Virus record (IMG/VR): IMGVR_UViG_2510065032_000001 | Origin: an uncultured virus (IMG/VR IMGVR_UViG_2510065032_000001) | Taxonomy: Duplodnaviria > Heunggongvirae > Uroviricota > Caudoviricetes | Length of the DNA stretch: 64,000 bases | Strand: one strand, 5' to 3' | Part shown: one piece after another, positions 49,044-56,955 of the stretch | Layout: the number at the start of each line of letters is the position of its first letter | How positions within the stretch are numbered: position 1 is the stretch's first letter | Notes under the pieces: model-generated | What the model was told of the DNA's origin: nothing | The model's database searches: none | What the model saw: only the letters and a program-made list of their open reading frames with translations | Made by a program: the position numbers and the translations under genes

Positions 49044-49066
49044 TGACCCCTGGCGCCCCCCACCCT
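49044..49066 (+). promoter_or_regulatory. Putative late promoter (leaderless) of lysis cassette
   Basis: TGACCC-N11-CACCCT, ATG 49073. Confidence 0.78.
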
Positions 49067-49072
49067 GGGGGC

Positions 49073-49540
49073 ATGAACCGCGAGGCCCCCCACAGCCCGC
49101 TCGAGGCGTTCGCGCAGCGCGCCCTCGAGCTGTTGATCGCCTGGTGGCCCGCGAAGGCGGTGGGGGGGCTGCTCCTCACCCTCTTCGGGCCCTGGAACGA
49201 ACAGTACACCACCCTGCTGGCCCTCAACGCCCTCGACTTCGCGCTGGGCGTGGCGGTGGGGGTCAAGACCGGGCGGCTGCGCTCGTACGCCGCCAGCCAC
49301 GGCCTGTTCTACAAGACCTTGCAGTGGGTGGCGGTGCTGGTGGCCTACCGCATCGACAAGGGGCTGGGGGTGAGCCTAGTCCACACCCTGATGGTCGGCG
49401 GCCTGATCGTGGCCGAGGCCATCAGCGTGCTGGAGAACCTGCAAATCCTCTCGGGCAACCGCATCCCCGTGCTGGGGAGAATCCTGGGCGACCTCAAGGA
49501 CAAGCAGAACAAGTACCTCAAGGGGGGCGATAAGCAGTGA
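49073..49540 (+). CDS. Holin (phage holin 4-like)
   Basis: TM segments; LDF..GV...S....GL..K, EAISVLEN...IP. Confidence 0.8.
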   Translation: MNREAPHSPLEAFAQRALELLIAWWPAKAVGGLLLTLFGPWNEQYTTLLALNALDFALGVAVGVKTGRLRSYAASHGLFYKTLQWVAVLVAYRIDKGLGVSLVHTLMVGGLIVAEAISVLENLQILSGNRIPVLGRILGDLKDKQNKYLKGGDKQ

Positions 49541-50238
49541 GCGTGCAGCTCGTCTTCGCCTACCCCATCCGCCCCTGGAAGGACGTGAAGCTCGACGCCG
49601 CGTTCCTCGACCCCGCCTACCGCGCGCGCTTCGGCGCCCACCACCCCGGCGTGGACTGGAACCTGCGCAGCGGGGGCGACAGCGACCTGGGCAAGCCCGT
49701 CTACAGCCTCTTCCCCGGCACCGTGGTCGGGGTGGGCTGGTACAGGGTGTGGGGCAACAACGTGCTGGTGAGGGCGGAGGACTGGGTGCGCGACCTGGTG
49801 GCCGCGCGGATGAGGCGCAGCATCAAGAGCCTCGAGCTGCTCTACGCCCACCTGCACCACGTGGACGTGGAGCAGGGCCAGACCGTGCAGGCGGGGGAGT
49901 GCCTGGGCAGCATCGGCAAGGGCGACCCCGCCGCGGGGATGGCCGCCCACCTGCACTTCGAGGCCCGCACCCTGAGCCTGCCCATCAACGACTGGCCCGG
50001 CGGCAGCCCCGCCGCCGAGCGGCGCATCCGGGACACCCGGCTCAACCCCCACGAGCTCATCACCTGCCTGACCTACGGCGACCGGCCCAACCTCCAGCCC
50101 TCCGGCCAGGTCGTCGCCCCCGCGGGGCTGTTCACCTTCGAGGGGGCGGTGATGGACAACCGCGCGGGACTGGTGCTCAACCGCGCGGGCACCAAGCTCT
50201 GGCTGCGCTGCGAGAAGGACGAGCCGAGGGGCAACTAG
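49537..50238 (+). CDS. Endolysin, M23 peptidase
   Basis: HPGVDWN, YAHL, AHLHFE. Confidence 0.85.
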   Translation: MSVQLVFAYPIRPWKDVKLDAAFLDPAYRARFGAHHPGVDWNLRSGGDSDLGKPVYSLFPGTVVGVGWYRVWGNNVLVRAEDWVRDLVAARMRRSIKSLELLYAHLHHVDVEQGQTVQAGECLGSIGKGDPAAGMAAHLHFEARTLSLPINDWPGGSPAAERRIRDTRLNPHELITCLTYGDRPNLQPSGQVVAPAGLFTFEGAVMDNRAGLVLNRAGTKLWLRCEKDEPRGN

Positions 50239-50257
50239 AGGGGCGAGGGGCGGGCTC

Positions 50258-50280
50258 TGACCCCTGCCCGCGGCGACACT
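50258..50280 (+). promoter_or_regulatory. Putative late promoter (leadered, SD GGAGG)
   Basis: TGACCC-N11-GACACT. Confidence 0.75.
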
Positions 50281-50295
50281 CGGGGCTGGAGGTGC

Positions 50296-50637
50296 GTGAT
50301 GAAAGCGGTGATCGATACGGTACAGAAGATTTTGGCGGTGGTGGTCGCGGCGGTGAACGTGGTCGAGCTCGTCAGCGAGGCCACCGGCGAGAAGGGGGCG
50401 CAGAAGAAGGCCGAGGCCAAACGGATCATCAAGGAGCTGCTGCCCGCCGAGGCCCTGCCCCTGCTGATGCGGCCCTTCTACGACCCCATCCTCGACTTCC
50501 TGATCGACGCGGTGGTGAGCTACTGCAACGCCAAGGGCATCTTCGCCAAGGGCGAGGGGGCGGGTGCGGCCAAGGCCGAGCTGCCCGACCTCAAGAGCCT
50601 GAGCGTGCAGGACGTCCTCGAGGCCCGCCGCAAGTGA
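50296..50637 (+). CDS. Holin-like / lysis accessory protein
   Basis: Hydrophobic N-terminus, GAQKKAEA, IDAVV..N..G.F. Confidence 0.5.
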   Translation: MMKAVIDTVQKILAVVVAAVNVVELVSEATGEKGAQKKAEAKRIIKELLPAEALPLLMRPFYDPILDFLIDAVVSYCNAKGIFAKGEGAGAAKAELPDLKSLSVQDVLEARRK

Positions 50638-50640
50638 ACC

Positions 50641-50661
50641 AAGGCCCCCGCGGGGGCCTTT
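50641..50661 (+). terminator. Terminator ending late region
   Basis: 20-bp palindrome AAGGCCCCCGCGGGGGCCTT. Confidence 0.6.
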
Positions 50662-50683
50662 CCCCTACCCCCACCCCCTGCCC

Positions 50684-52141
50684 ATGCTGCAACGCCCGAA
50701 GTGGCTAACCAACGCGCTCCTCGAGCGCATCCGCGACCTGCGCGCGCAGGGCCTGGGCCGCCCCAGCATCGCCCGAGCCCTCGGCCTCACCGCCTACCGC
50801 GCCGAGACCGCGCTCAGCTACCTCAAGCACCTGGAGCAGGCCGCGCCCGCGCCCGCCGACCCGGACCCCGCCGAGGCCGCGCCCGCCCCCGTGCCCCTGC
50901 CCCTACCCCCGAAGCCCGCGCTGAGCGTCACCCAGGAGGGCCAGACCGCCACCGTGAGCAGCGGCAAGGGCCCCCGCGTCCGCACCCTCGAGGAGCTGCT
51001 GGCGGGGGCCCAGGTGGACCGCAGCCTGTGGGAGGTCGAGCGCTACAAGGTCAACGCCTACGAGGTGGCGACCAAGGTGCGCCGCGCCCGCGCCGACCTC
51101 TTGGGCGAGCTGCGCCGGGCCGTCGAGGAGGCGCTGGCGGGCGGGCACGAGGACGTGGCGGAGCACCTGGCGAGGGTGCTGCTGTCGGGCTTCCTGGAGG
51201 AGCAGGTGCAGGTACACCCCCTCTACCAGACCTCGGCTGTCCTCCGGCCCCTGAGCCAGGGGGCCGAGCTGAAGGCGCTCAAGGAGGAGGTGCTCGAGGC
51301 CATGCGCGCCCACGCCCCCCGCGGCTACGCCCCCCTGTCGCGCCGGGGCGGGGGCGGGCACGTGCTGGTGCTCTCCCTGCCCGACGCCCACCTCGCCAAG
51401 CTGGTGGACCCCGCCGAGACCGGCGAGACCTGGAGCCCCGAGGAGGCGCGGCGGGTCTTCCTGGAGAGCTGGCGGGGGCTGCTGGAGCTCGCCAGCCACC
51501 GGGCCGACCTCGAGCGCATCCTCATCCCCCTGGGCAACGACTTCCTGCACACCGACTCCCCGGCCAACGCCACCAGCGCGGGCACCCCCCAGGACGCCAG
51601 CCTGCGCTACCGCCAGGCCAAGCGGCTGGGCCGGGAGCTGCTGGTCGAGGCGCTGGACATGGCCCGCGCCTACGCCCCCCTCGACGTGTTCGGGGTGCCC
51701 GGCAACCACGCCCGCGAGGCCGAGCTCGACCTCGTGGAGCTGCTGGCCGCCTGGTATCGTCACGACCCCGAGGTGAGCGTGGACGACGCCCCCACCACCC
51801 GCAAGTACCGGCGCTACGGGGTCAACCTCTTCGGCTTCACCCACGGCGACCAGGAGAACCCCGCCGACCTGCCGCAGCTCATGGCGCTGGAGGCCGAGGC
51901 GCTGTGGGCGGGGGCCAGGGTGCGGGAGTGGTTCACCGGTCACTTCCACCGCAAGGGCGAGCGCTCCTTCCTGCCTCTGCGCGAGCGGGGCGGGGTGCTG
52001 GTGCGGGTGCTGCCTGCCCTCACCGCCGCCGACGCCTACCACGCGCGCAAGGGCTACGTGGGCAACGTCCGGCGCGCCGAGGCGTACCTCTACCACCTCT
52101 CCCGGGGCTACGCCGGGCACGTGGCCTACGACCCCTTCTGA
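50684..52141 (+). CDS. Calcineurin-like metallophosphoesterase with N-terminal HTH
   Basis: PDAH, GND.LH, PGNH, THGD, TGHFH. Confidence 0.8.
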   Translation: MLQRPKWLTNALLERIRDLRAQGLGRPSIARALGLTAYRAETALSYLKHLEQAAPAPADPDPAEAAPAPVPLPLPPKPALSVTQEGQTATVSSGKGPRVRTLEELLAGAQVDRSLWEVERYKVNAYEVATKVRRARADLLGELRRAVEEALAGGHEDVAEHLARVLLSGFLEEQVQVHPLYQTSAVLRPLSQGAELKALKEEVLEAMRAHAPRGYAPLSRRGGGGHVLVLSLPDAHLAKLVDPAETGETWSPEEARRVFLESWRGLLELASHRADLERILIPLGNDFLHTDSPANATSAGTPQDASLRYRQAKRLGRELLVEALDMARAYAPLDVFGVPGNHAREAELDLVELLAAWYRHDPEVSVDDAPTTRKYRRYGVNLFGFTHGDQENPADLPQLMALEAEALWAGARVREWFTGHFHRKGERSFLPLRERGGVLVRVLPALTAADAYHARKGYVGNVRRAEAYLYHLSRGYAGHVAYDPF

Positions 52142-52173
52142 GCCGGGCGAGAAAACCCGTCCAGGGTGGGCTT

Positions 52174-52210
52174 TTGCGTTTCAAGCTTCCGTGTCCTATA
52201 CTCGGGACAC
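52174..52210 (+). promoter_or_regulatory. SigmaA-type promoter with operator TGTCC-N8-GGACA
   Basis: TTGCGT-17-TATACT; gTGTCC tatactcg GGACAc at 52191-52210. Confidence 0.75.
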
Positions 52211-52220
52211 AGGAGGGACC

Positions 52221-52793
52221 ATGTTCGCACTCGACCTAGACGGGACCGTCTCCGACACCCTCGGCAGCCTGGGGGCCTACCTCAGCCGCGCGCTGGGGGT
52301 CGCGGTGGGCCTCGACCGCGCCACCAACTACCACGCCCTCGAGGAGGCCCTGCCCCCCGAACTGCGGGAGCGGGGCCGCGCCCTGATCGAGCGGGCCTTC
52401 AGGGACAACGCGGGCAACGTGTACGGCCAGGCGGAGGCGGTCCCCGGCGCCCTCGAGGGCGCGCGGCTGCTCGAGGCGCGCGGCAAGCTGGCGGGCTACA
52501 TCACCCGCCGCCCCGCCATCCACGGCGCGATCACCCTCGGCTGGCTGGGCGTTCACGGCTTCCCGGACGCGCCCCTGCTGCACGCCCGGCCCCGCATCTC
52601 CAAGGCGGTGTACATGCGGCAGCTCGGCGCGCGGGTGCTGGTCGAGGACAGCGCCCACGAGCTCGAGGCCGTGCTCACCGAGGGCCTGGGCGGGGTGCTG
52701 CTCGAGCGCCCCTACAACCGCGGCTACGCCCACGAGCGGCTGGTGCGGCTGGGGGGCTGGGCCGCCCTCGCCGGGCTGCTGGAGGCGGCGTGA
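52221..52793 (+). CDS. HAD-family 5'(3')-nucleotidase-like protein
   Basis: DLDGT, YITRR, K, VEDS, PYN. Confidence 0.75.
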   Translation: MFALDLDGTVSDTLGSLGAYLSRALGVAVGLDRATNYHALEEALPPELRERGRALIERAFRDNAGNVYGQAEAVPGALEGARLLEARGKLAGYITRRPAIHGAITLGWLGVHGFPDAPLLHARPRISKAVYMRQLGARVLVEDSAHELEAVLTEGLGGVLLERPYNRGYAHERLVRLGGWAALAGLLEAA

Positions 52794-53257
52794 GGGGCCC
52801 CGAGCACCCCATCGAGCGGGCCGGGCTGATCCTCTCGGGGGCCATCGAGGTCTACGGCGGCAGCCCCCAGCCCGCGCTGCTGTTGTACCCGGGCGAGGTG
52901 TGGCCGGGGGAGCGGGCCCTGCCGCCCTACCTCGCCGCGCTGCCCCAGGCCGGGCTGGACGTGCGCCCCCTGCCCCTGGACCCCGACAGCCTCGAGCGCA
53001 TCGCGCGGGGCCTGGCGCGCCGGGCCGCGGGCGCGCGCCCGCTCCGGGAGCGCGTCCTGCTCAGCCTGCACCTCGACGGCGACGCCGAGGGCCAGGGGGT
53101 CTTGGCCGCGCGGCTGGGCGCCGCCCGGGAGAGCGTCACCAAGGAGGTCGGCATCCTGGCCGCCAAAGGCTGGGTGGAGAAGGGCTACCGCAGGGTAGCC
53201 CTTACCGAGCGGGGCAGGGCCCAGGCCCTGCGGCTGCTCGAGGAGGGAGACAGATGA
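52790..53257 (+). CDS. Crp/Fnr-family-like HTH regulator (reduced sensor domain)
   Basis: LAARLGAARESVTKEVGILAAKGWVEKGYRRV matches Crp-type wHTH. Confidence 0.65.
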   Translation: MRGPEHPIERAGLILSGAIEVYGGSPQPALLLYPGEVWPGERALPPYLAALPQAGLDVRPLPLDPDSLERIARGLARRAAGARPLRERVLLSLHLDGDAEGQGVLAARLGAARESVTKEVGILAAKGWVEKGYRRVALTERGRAQALRLLEEGDR

Positions 53258-53451
53258 ACCCGTACCGCAGCAAGCTCGTCCCCAAGGCCGTCTTCGCCGC
53301 CGCCCTCGCCCGGCTCCTCGGCCTGCGCGAGGCCCTGGGCCCTGCCCCCGCGAAGCCCTGGCGGGGCTGCGGGGAGGCCCACCGCAGGAGGCGCAAGCTC
53401 GAGCGCCAGCGCAGGCGGCTGGGCCGCTACCACGCCCGGAGGCGCCGGTGA
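53254..53451 (+). CDS. Small basic hypothetical protein
   Basis: SD and 4-nt overlaps. Confidence 0.55.
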   Translation: MNPYRSKLVPKAVFAAALARLLGLREALGPAPAKPWRGCGEAHRRRRKLERQRRRLGRYHARRRR

Positions 53452-54209
53452 GCCGGGACGCCGCCATCATCGGCATCACCGGCAAGGCCGGGCACGGCAA
53501 GGACACGCTGTACAAGCTGCTCCTGGCCGCCCACGGCTACGAGCGCATCGCCCTGGCCGATCCCGTCAAGGGCGTGACCCTGGCGCTGGAGTACGCCCGT
53601 CTGGTGGGCAGCGCCCCCGCCCGCGCGACCGTCGTCGCCAGCGCCTACTACTGGTGGTTCGGGCGCAAGAAGCACCCCGAGGTGCGGGCCCGCCTGCAAG
53701 AGGTGGGGACCGAGATCGTGCGCGACGGGGTGGACCCCAATTTCTGGGTGTGGATGGCCCTGAAAGAAATCAAGGCCATCGTCGAGGACGGGGGGCGCGC
53801 CGCCGTGACCGACGTGCGGTTCCCCAACGAGGCCGCCGCGCTGCGGGGGGACAAGGGCTGGATGGCGGGCTACTACGCGCACCTCGAGGCCAGCCAGCGG
53901 CCCTTCCTCGAGCCCCTGCGCCACGACCTCACCCGCACCTGGGAGGAGGGCGGGGTGCTGCCCCCGGCGGGCGCCGCCCTGATCGTGAAGGTGGTGCGCG
54001 AGGGCGCCCCCGACCCCGGCGAGGCCGGGCGGCACGCCAGCGAAGTGGGGGTGGACACCATCACCCCTGACGTGCTGGTGAAGGCTGCCAGCGCGCACGA
54101 GCTGGTCCACGCCGCCTACCGTGCGCTGCGCCCGCGTCTGCCGGTCATGCCCTGGGCCTTCGTGTGGTTTGACGACCCCAAGACCCTCTACCCCGCCCCC
54201 GCCCTATGA
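53448..54209 (+). CDS. Deoxynucleoside monophosphate kinase (T4 gp1-like)
   Basis: GITGKAGHGKDT, LADPVK, R..LQ.VGTE..R, TDVRFPNE, HASE. Confidence 0.85.
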   Translation: MSRDAAIIGITGKAGHGKDTLYKLLLAAHGYERIALADPVKGVTLALEYARLVGSAPARATVVASAYYWWFGRKKHPEVRARLQEVGTEIVRDGVDPNFWVWMALKEIKAIVEDGGRAAVTDVRFPNEAAALRGDKGWMAGYYAHLEASQRPFLEPLRHDLTRTWEEGGVLPPAGAALIVKVVREGAPDPGEAGRHASEVGVDTITPDVLVKAASAHELVHAAYRALRPRLPVMPWAFVWFDDPKTLYPAPAL

Positions 54210-54295
54210 GCTGGCCCGAAGCCCTCTACCACACCGCCTTCCTGCTGGCGATGGTCTGCATCGCGCTGGGCCGCTGGCCCTGGCAAAGGAAGTGA
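54206..54295 (+). CDS. Small membrane peptide (29 aa)
   Basis: ATGA overlap; MSWPEALYHTAFLLAMVCIALGRWPWQRK. Confidence 0.45.
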   Translation: MSWPEALYHTAFLLAMVCIALGRWPWQRK

Positions 54296-54299
54296 GCAT

Positions 54300-54572
54300 A
54301 TGAGCATGGACGAAGCCAAGCCCCACACCCCCGCCGACGCCGAGGCGCACGCCCGCAGGGAGGCGGAGGAGCACAGCCCCACCGTCAAGCGGCTCAAGGC
54401 CCAAATCCTGAACCTGGAGGCCGATTACGAGGAGCTGCGCAGGCTGTACGAGCGCAGCGTCCTCGAGCGGGTCGAGTTGCAGGCGGCGCTCAAGGCGGAG
54501 CGCGAGCGGGCGGAGGAGCTGGAGCGCCTGCTGAACCTGATGGACGGCCCGGCCTCGCCCCCGGAGGGATGA
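54300..54572 (+). CDS. Coiled-coil hypothetical protein
   Basis: Heptad pattern. Confidence 0.6.
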   Translation: MSMDEAKPHTPADAEAHARREAEEHSPTVKRLKAQILNLEADYEELRRLYERSVLERVELQAALKAERERAEELERLLNLMDGPASPPEG

Positions 54573-54988
54573 GCGTGGAGCCCGTCAGGCCGACCCCCGA
54601 GGAGGCCGCCGCCCGACGCGCGCCCGGTGGCCGGTCCCTGGCGACCGGGGCGGGGACGCTGGCCGAGGAGCTGGTGCTCGAGCGGCTGGGCGTGACCGCG
54701 GTGGAGGCGTGGGACTGGATCCCCGAGTGCAGCGCGCGGCAGGTGCAGTGGCGCAGGCCGCGCAGCAAGAAAAAGCGCATCCGCAAGAAGTGGGCCAAGA
54801 ACCCGCTCAACTGGAGGACCGAGCGCCGACGCCTGGTCTACCTGCACGGCAACACCGCCTACATGCACCCCAACACCCTCGAGGCCCTGCTGCACGAGGC
54901 CGAGGCCGAGCGGCGCCGGGTGCTGCGCGCGGTGAAGTGGGCGTGGGCGGCGGGCAAGGTCGCCCGGCTGCTGGGGGTGGGCGCGTGA
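54569..54988 (+). CDS. Hypothetical protein
   Basis: ATGA overlap; RSKKKRIRKKW basic motif. Confidence 0.6.
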   Translation: MSVEPVRPTPEEAAARRAPGGRSLATGAGTLAEELVLERLGVTAVEAWDWIPECSARQVQWRRPRSKKKRIRKKWAKNPLNWRTERRRLVYLHGNTAYMHPNTLEALLHEAEAERRRVLRAVKWAWAAGKVARLLGVGA

Positions 54989-55013
54989 CCCCCCGACGCC
55001 GCAAGGAGGCAAC

Positions 55014-55215
55014 ATGCCCGACCACGAAGAAATCCGGAGTTTTTCGACGAGATGTTCGAACTAGGCCACAGGCTCATCATGGAGTCCGTTCGCGACATAT
55101 GGGAGGGGGCACGTTCGAAAGCATCGAGAAAATGATGGCCCGCCAAGCAGGGTACACGCTGGACCCCTCCGACCCCCGGCTCGAGCTGGCCCTCGAGCTC
55201 CTCGAGCACCGCTGA
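55014..55215 (+). pseudogene. Frameshifted small ORF
   Basis: Good SD and ATG 55014 but early stop; plausible protein text continues in two other frames. Confidence 0.35.
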
Positions 55216-55339
55216 CCCCCGCCCCCGACACCCCGCCCGCCCCGTGAGCCCCCTTCCAGGGGGCTTACGCTGTTTGGCGGCCTTTGTCCCATCCTGGATG
55301 GGGTTTTCTGGGTATGCGCGGTATAAGGCTCCTTATCCC

Positions 55340-55392
55340 TTGATTTTTCGGGGCCCGCCTATGTAAGATGAGTTGTCCTCTCCAAAGGACAA
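55340..55392 (+). promoter_or_regulatory. SigmaA-type promoter followed by operator TGTCC-N8-GGACA
   Basis: TTGATT-18-TAAGAT; tTGTCC tctccaaa GGACAa at 55373-55392. Confidence 0.7.
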
Positions 55393-55419
55393 GAGTTGCT
55401 ACAGGAAAGGAGCAGCCAC

Positions 55420-56574
55420 ATGACCGAAGTCCTCCGTAAGCTCCAGACCCAGGCCGCGCAAGAGGCCGAGGCCCTGGCCCGCCGCAGGCAGCACGAGCAG
55501 CAAAAGGCCGTCGAGCAAGCCCTTGCCGAGCACGGCAAGGCCGTCGAGTACCTGACCGGCCTCTTCGGGTGCGCCGTCAGCGACCTCCAGCCCACGCCGA
55601 ACCTCCGGGGCGAGCTGTGGCTGCGCCTGCCCGTCGAGGTGGGCCCCCTCCGGGGCGTGTCGGTGAAGCTCGGGCCCACGACCTGGGGGAGCTACACGGT
55701 GCGGTGGGACATCGGGCACTTCAGCGCCCACCAGAGCATCCGCGAGGACGCCCCGGCCACCGGCTGGAAGGCTTTCCTCGCGCAGGTCACCAGCCCCGAG
55801 GCGGTCCAGGCCGCCGCCGCGTGGGTGGCCGAGCAGATGTTCCGGGAGTGGAAGGAGGCCCACAGCGCCGAGCTCGAGGCCCTGACCGACGAGGGGGAGG
55901 TGGACGCCTGGCTCGAGGGCCAGGAGGTCCACGCGCTCATCCAGGAGCGCGTGGCCCAGGCCGTCGAAGCCCGCAAGGAGGCCATCCGCAAGGCCCGCGA
56001 GCAGGAGCGCCGCCACCGGCGGGCCGAGGAGCTGGCCGCTAAGGTCGAAGCCCTCCAGGGCCGCCTGGCCCAAAGCCAGGGGCCGGAGGAGTGGCGGGCC
56101 ATCCTGGAGGAGGCCCAAGCCCTGCGGGAGGGCTACAGGGAGGCCATGTACCTGGATAGCTGGCGCTCCCTGACTTCGGTGCTCGAGGCGGTAGAGGACC
56201 AGCTCGAGCGCCACGAGCAGCGCCTGGCCCGGCAGCGCCTCGAGGCCGAGGCTGACGCCCTTTTCCACCCCTTCCGGGTCTACCGGCTCGACCACGCGGT
56301 GCCCGCCGACCGCGGCGACGAGGACGGCGAGGTCTGGCACACCGGGACCGAGATTGCCCTCGACGACACCCCCGACGAGCGGGGCTACTACCGGGTGCTC
56401 GAGAGCGGCCGGGTGCGCCGGGTCAAGCTCCCCCGCGTCTACCGCGTCGAGGTCATCGACGTGCTCACCCGCCATCAGGCCACCTCGCGCGACATCATCC
56501 GAATGGCCTGCAAGTACGAGTACGCCGACGGGGTGTACCTCATCCACCCCCCCGAAGGGGCGGAGCGCCTTTGA
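55420..56574 (+). CDS. Hypothetical protein (helical)
   Basis: SD AAGGAG; GC3-rich. Confidence 0.75.
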   Translation: MTEVLRKLQTQAAQEAEALARRRQHEQQKAVEQALAEHGKAVEYLTGLFGCAVSDLQPTPNLRGELWLRLPVEVGPLRGVSVKLGPTTWGSYTVRWDIGHFSAHQSIREDAPATGWKAFLAQVTSPEAVQAAAAWVAEQMFREWKEAHSAELEALTDEGEVDAWLEGQEVHALIQERVAQAVEARKEAIRKAREQERRHRRAEELAAKVEALQGRLAQSQGPEEWRAILEEAQALREGYREAMYLDSWRSLTSVLEAVEDQLERHEQRLARQRLEAEADALFHPFRVYRLDHAVPADRGDEDGEVWHTGTEIALDDTPDERGYYRVLESGRVRRVKLPRVYRVEVIDVLTRHQATSRDIIRMACKYEYADGVYLIHPPEGAERL

Positions 56575-56581
56575 GTCCCCG

Positions 56582-56606
56582 ACCCCCGGCCCCGTGGGCC
56601 GGGGGT
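56582..56606 (+). terminator. Stem-loop / possible terminator
   Basis: 11-bp stem ACCCCCGGCCC/GGGCCGGGGGT. Confidence 0.5.
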
Positions 56607-56623
56607 TATCAGGAGGTAACGCC

Positions 56624-56716
56624 ATGAAGATGAGGCTCTTCATTGCCGACGTGACCGACATCATTGCCGACGTGACCGACATCGAACAGGCCCCGAAGAG
56701 GGAGGGGACCGAGTGA
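56624..56716 (+). CDS. Mini-ORF with 21-bp tandem duplication
   Basis: SD AGGAGG; TCATTGCCGACGTGACCGACA x2 at 56640-56681. Confidence 0.45.
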   Translation: MKMRLFIADVTDIIADVTDIEQAPKREGTE

Positions 56717-56955
56717 CGCCCCCGCCCCGGCACATCCTCACCCTGGTCCCCCCGGTGGGGACCAGGGTGCGCCTGGCGCGGCTGCCCGCGCCCCTGGACC
56801 CCAAGTACGCCGCCCTGCGCGACCGCGAGGGCGCCACCGGCACCGTGCGCCTGGCGAGCGACCTGGCGCGCCAGGTGTGGGTGGAGCTCGACGCCCCGCA
56901 GTCCCCCGGCGAGGGCTACTGGATCGACGTGGGGGCGCTCGAGGTGCTGCCGTGA
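56713..56955 (+). CDS. Small SH3-like hypothetical protein
   Basis: PVGTRVRL...GATGTV...VWVELD. Confidence 0.5.
   Translation: MTPPPRHILTLVPPVGTRVRLARLPAPLDPKYAALRDREGATGTVRLASDLARQVWVELDAPQSPGEGYWIDVGALEVLP

Noticed and set aside
55213..55235. CTGACCCCC after the 55215 stop
   Set aside because: Hexamer at +17 does not fit and no gene start follows
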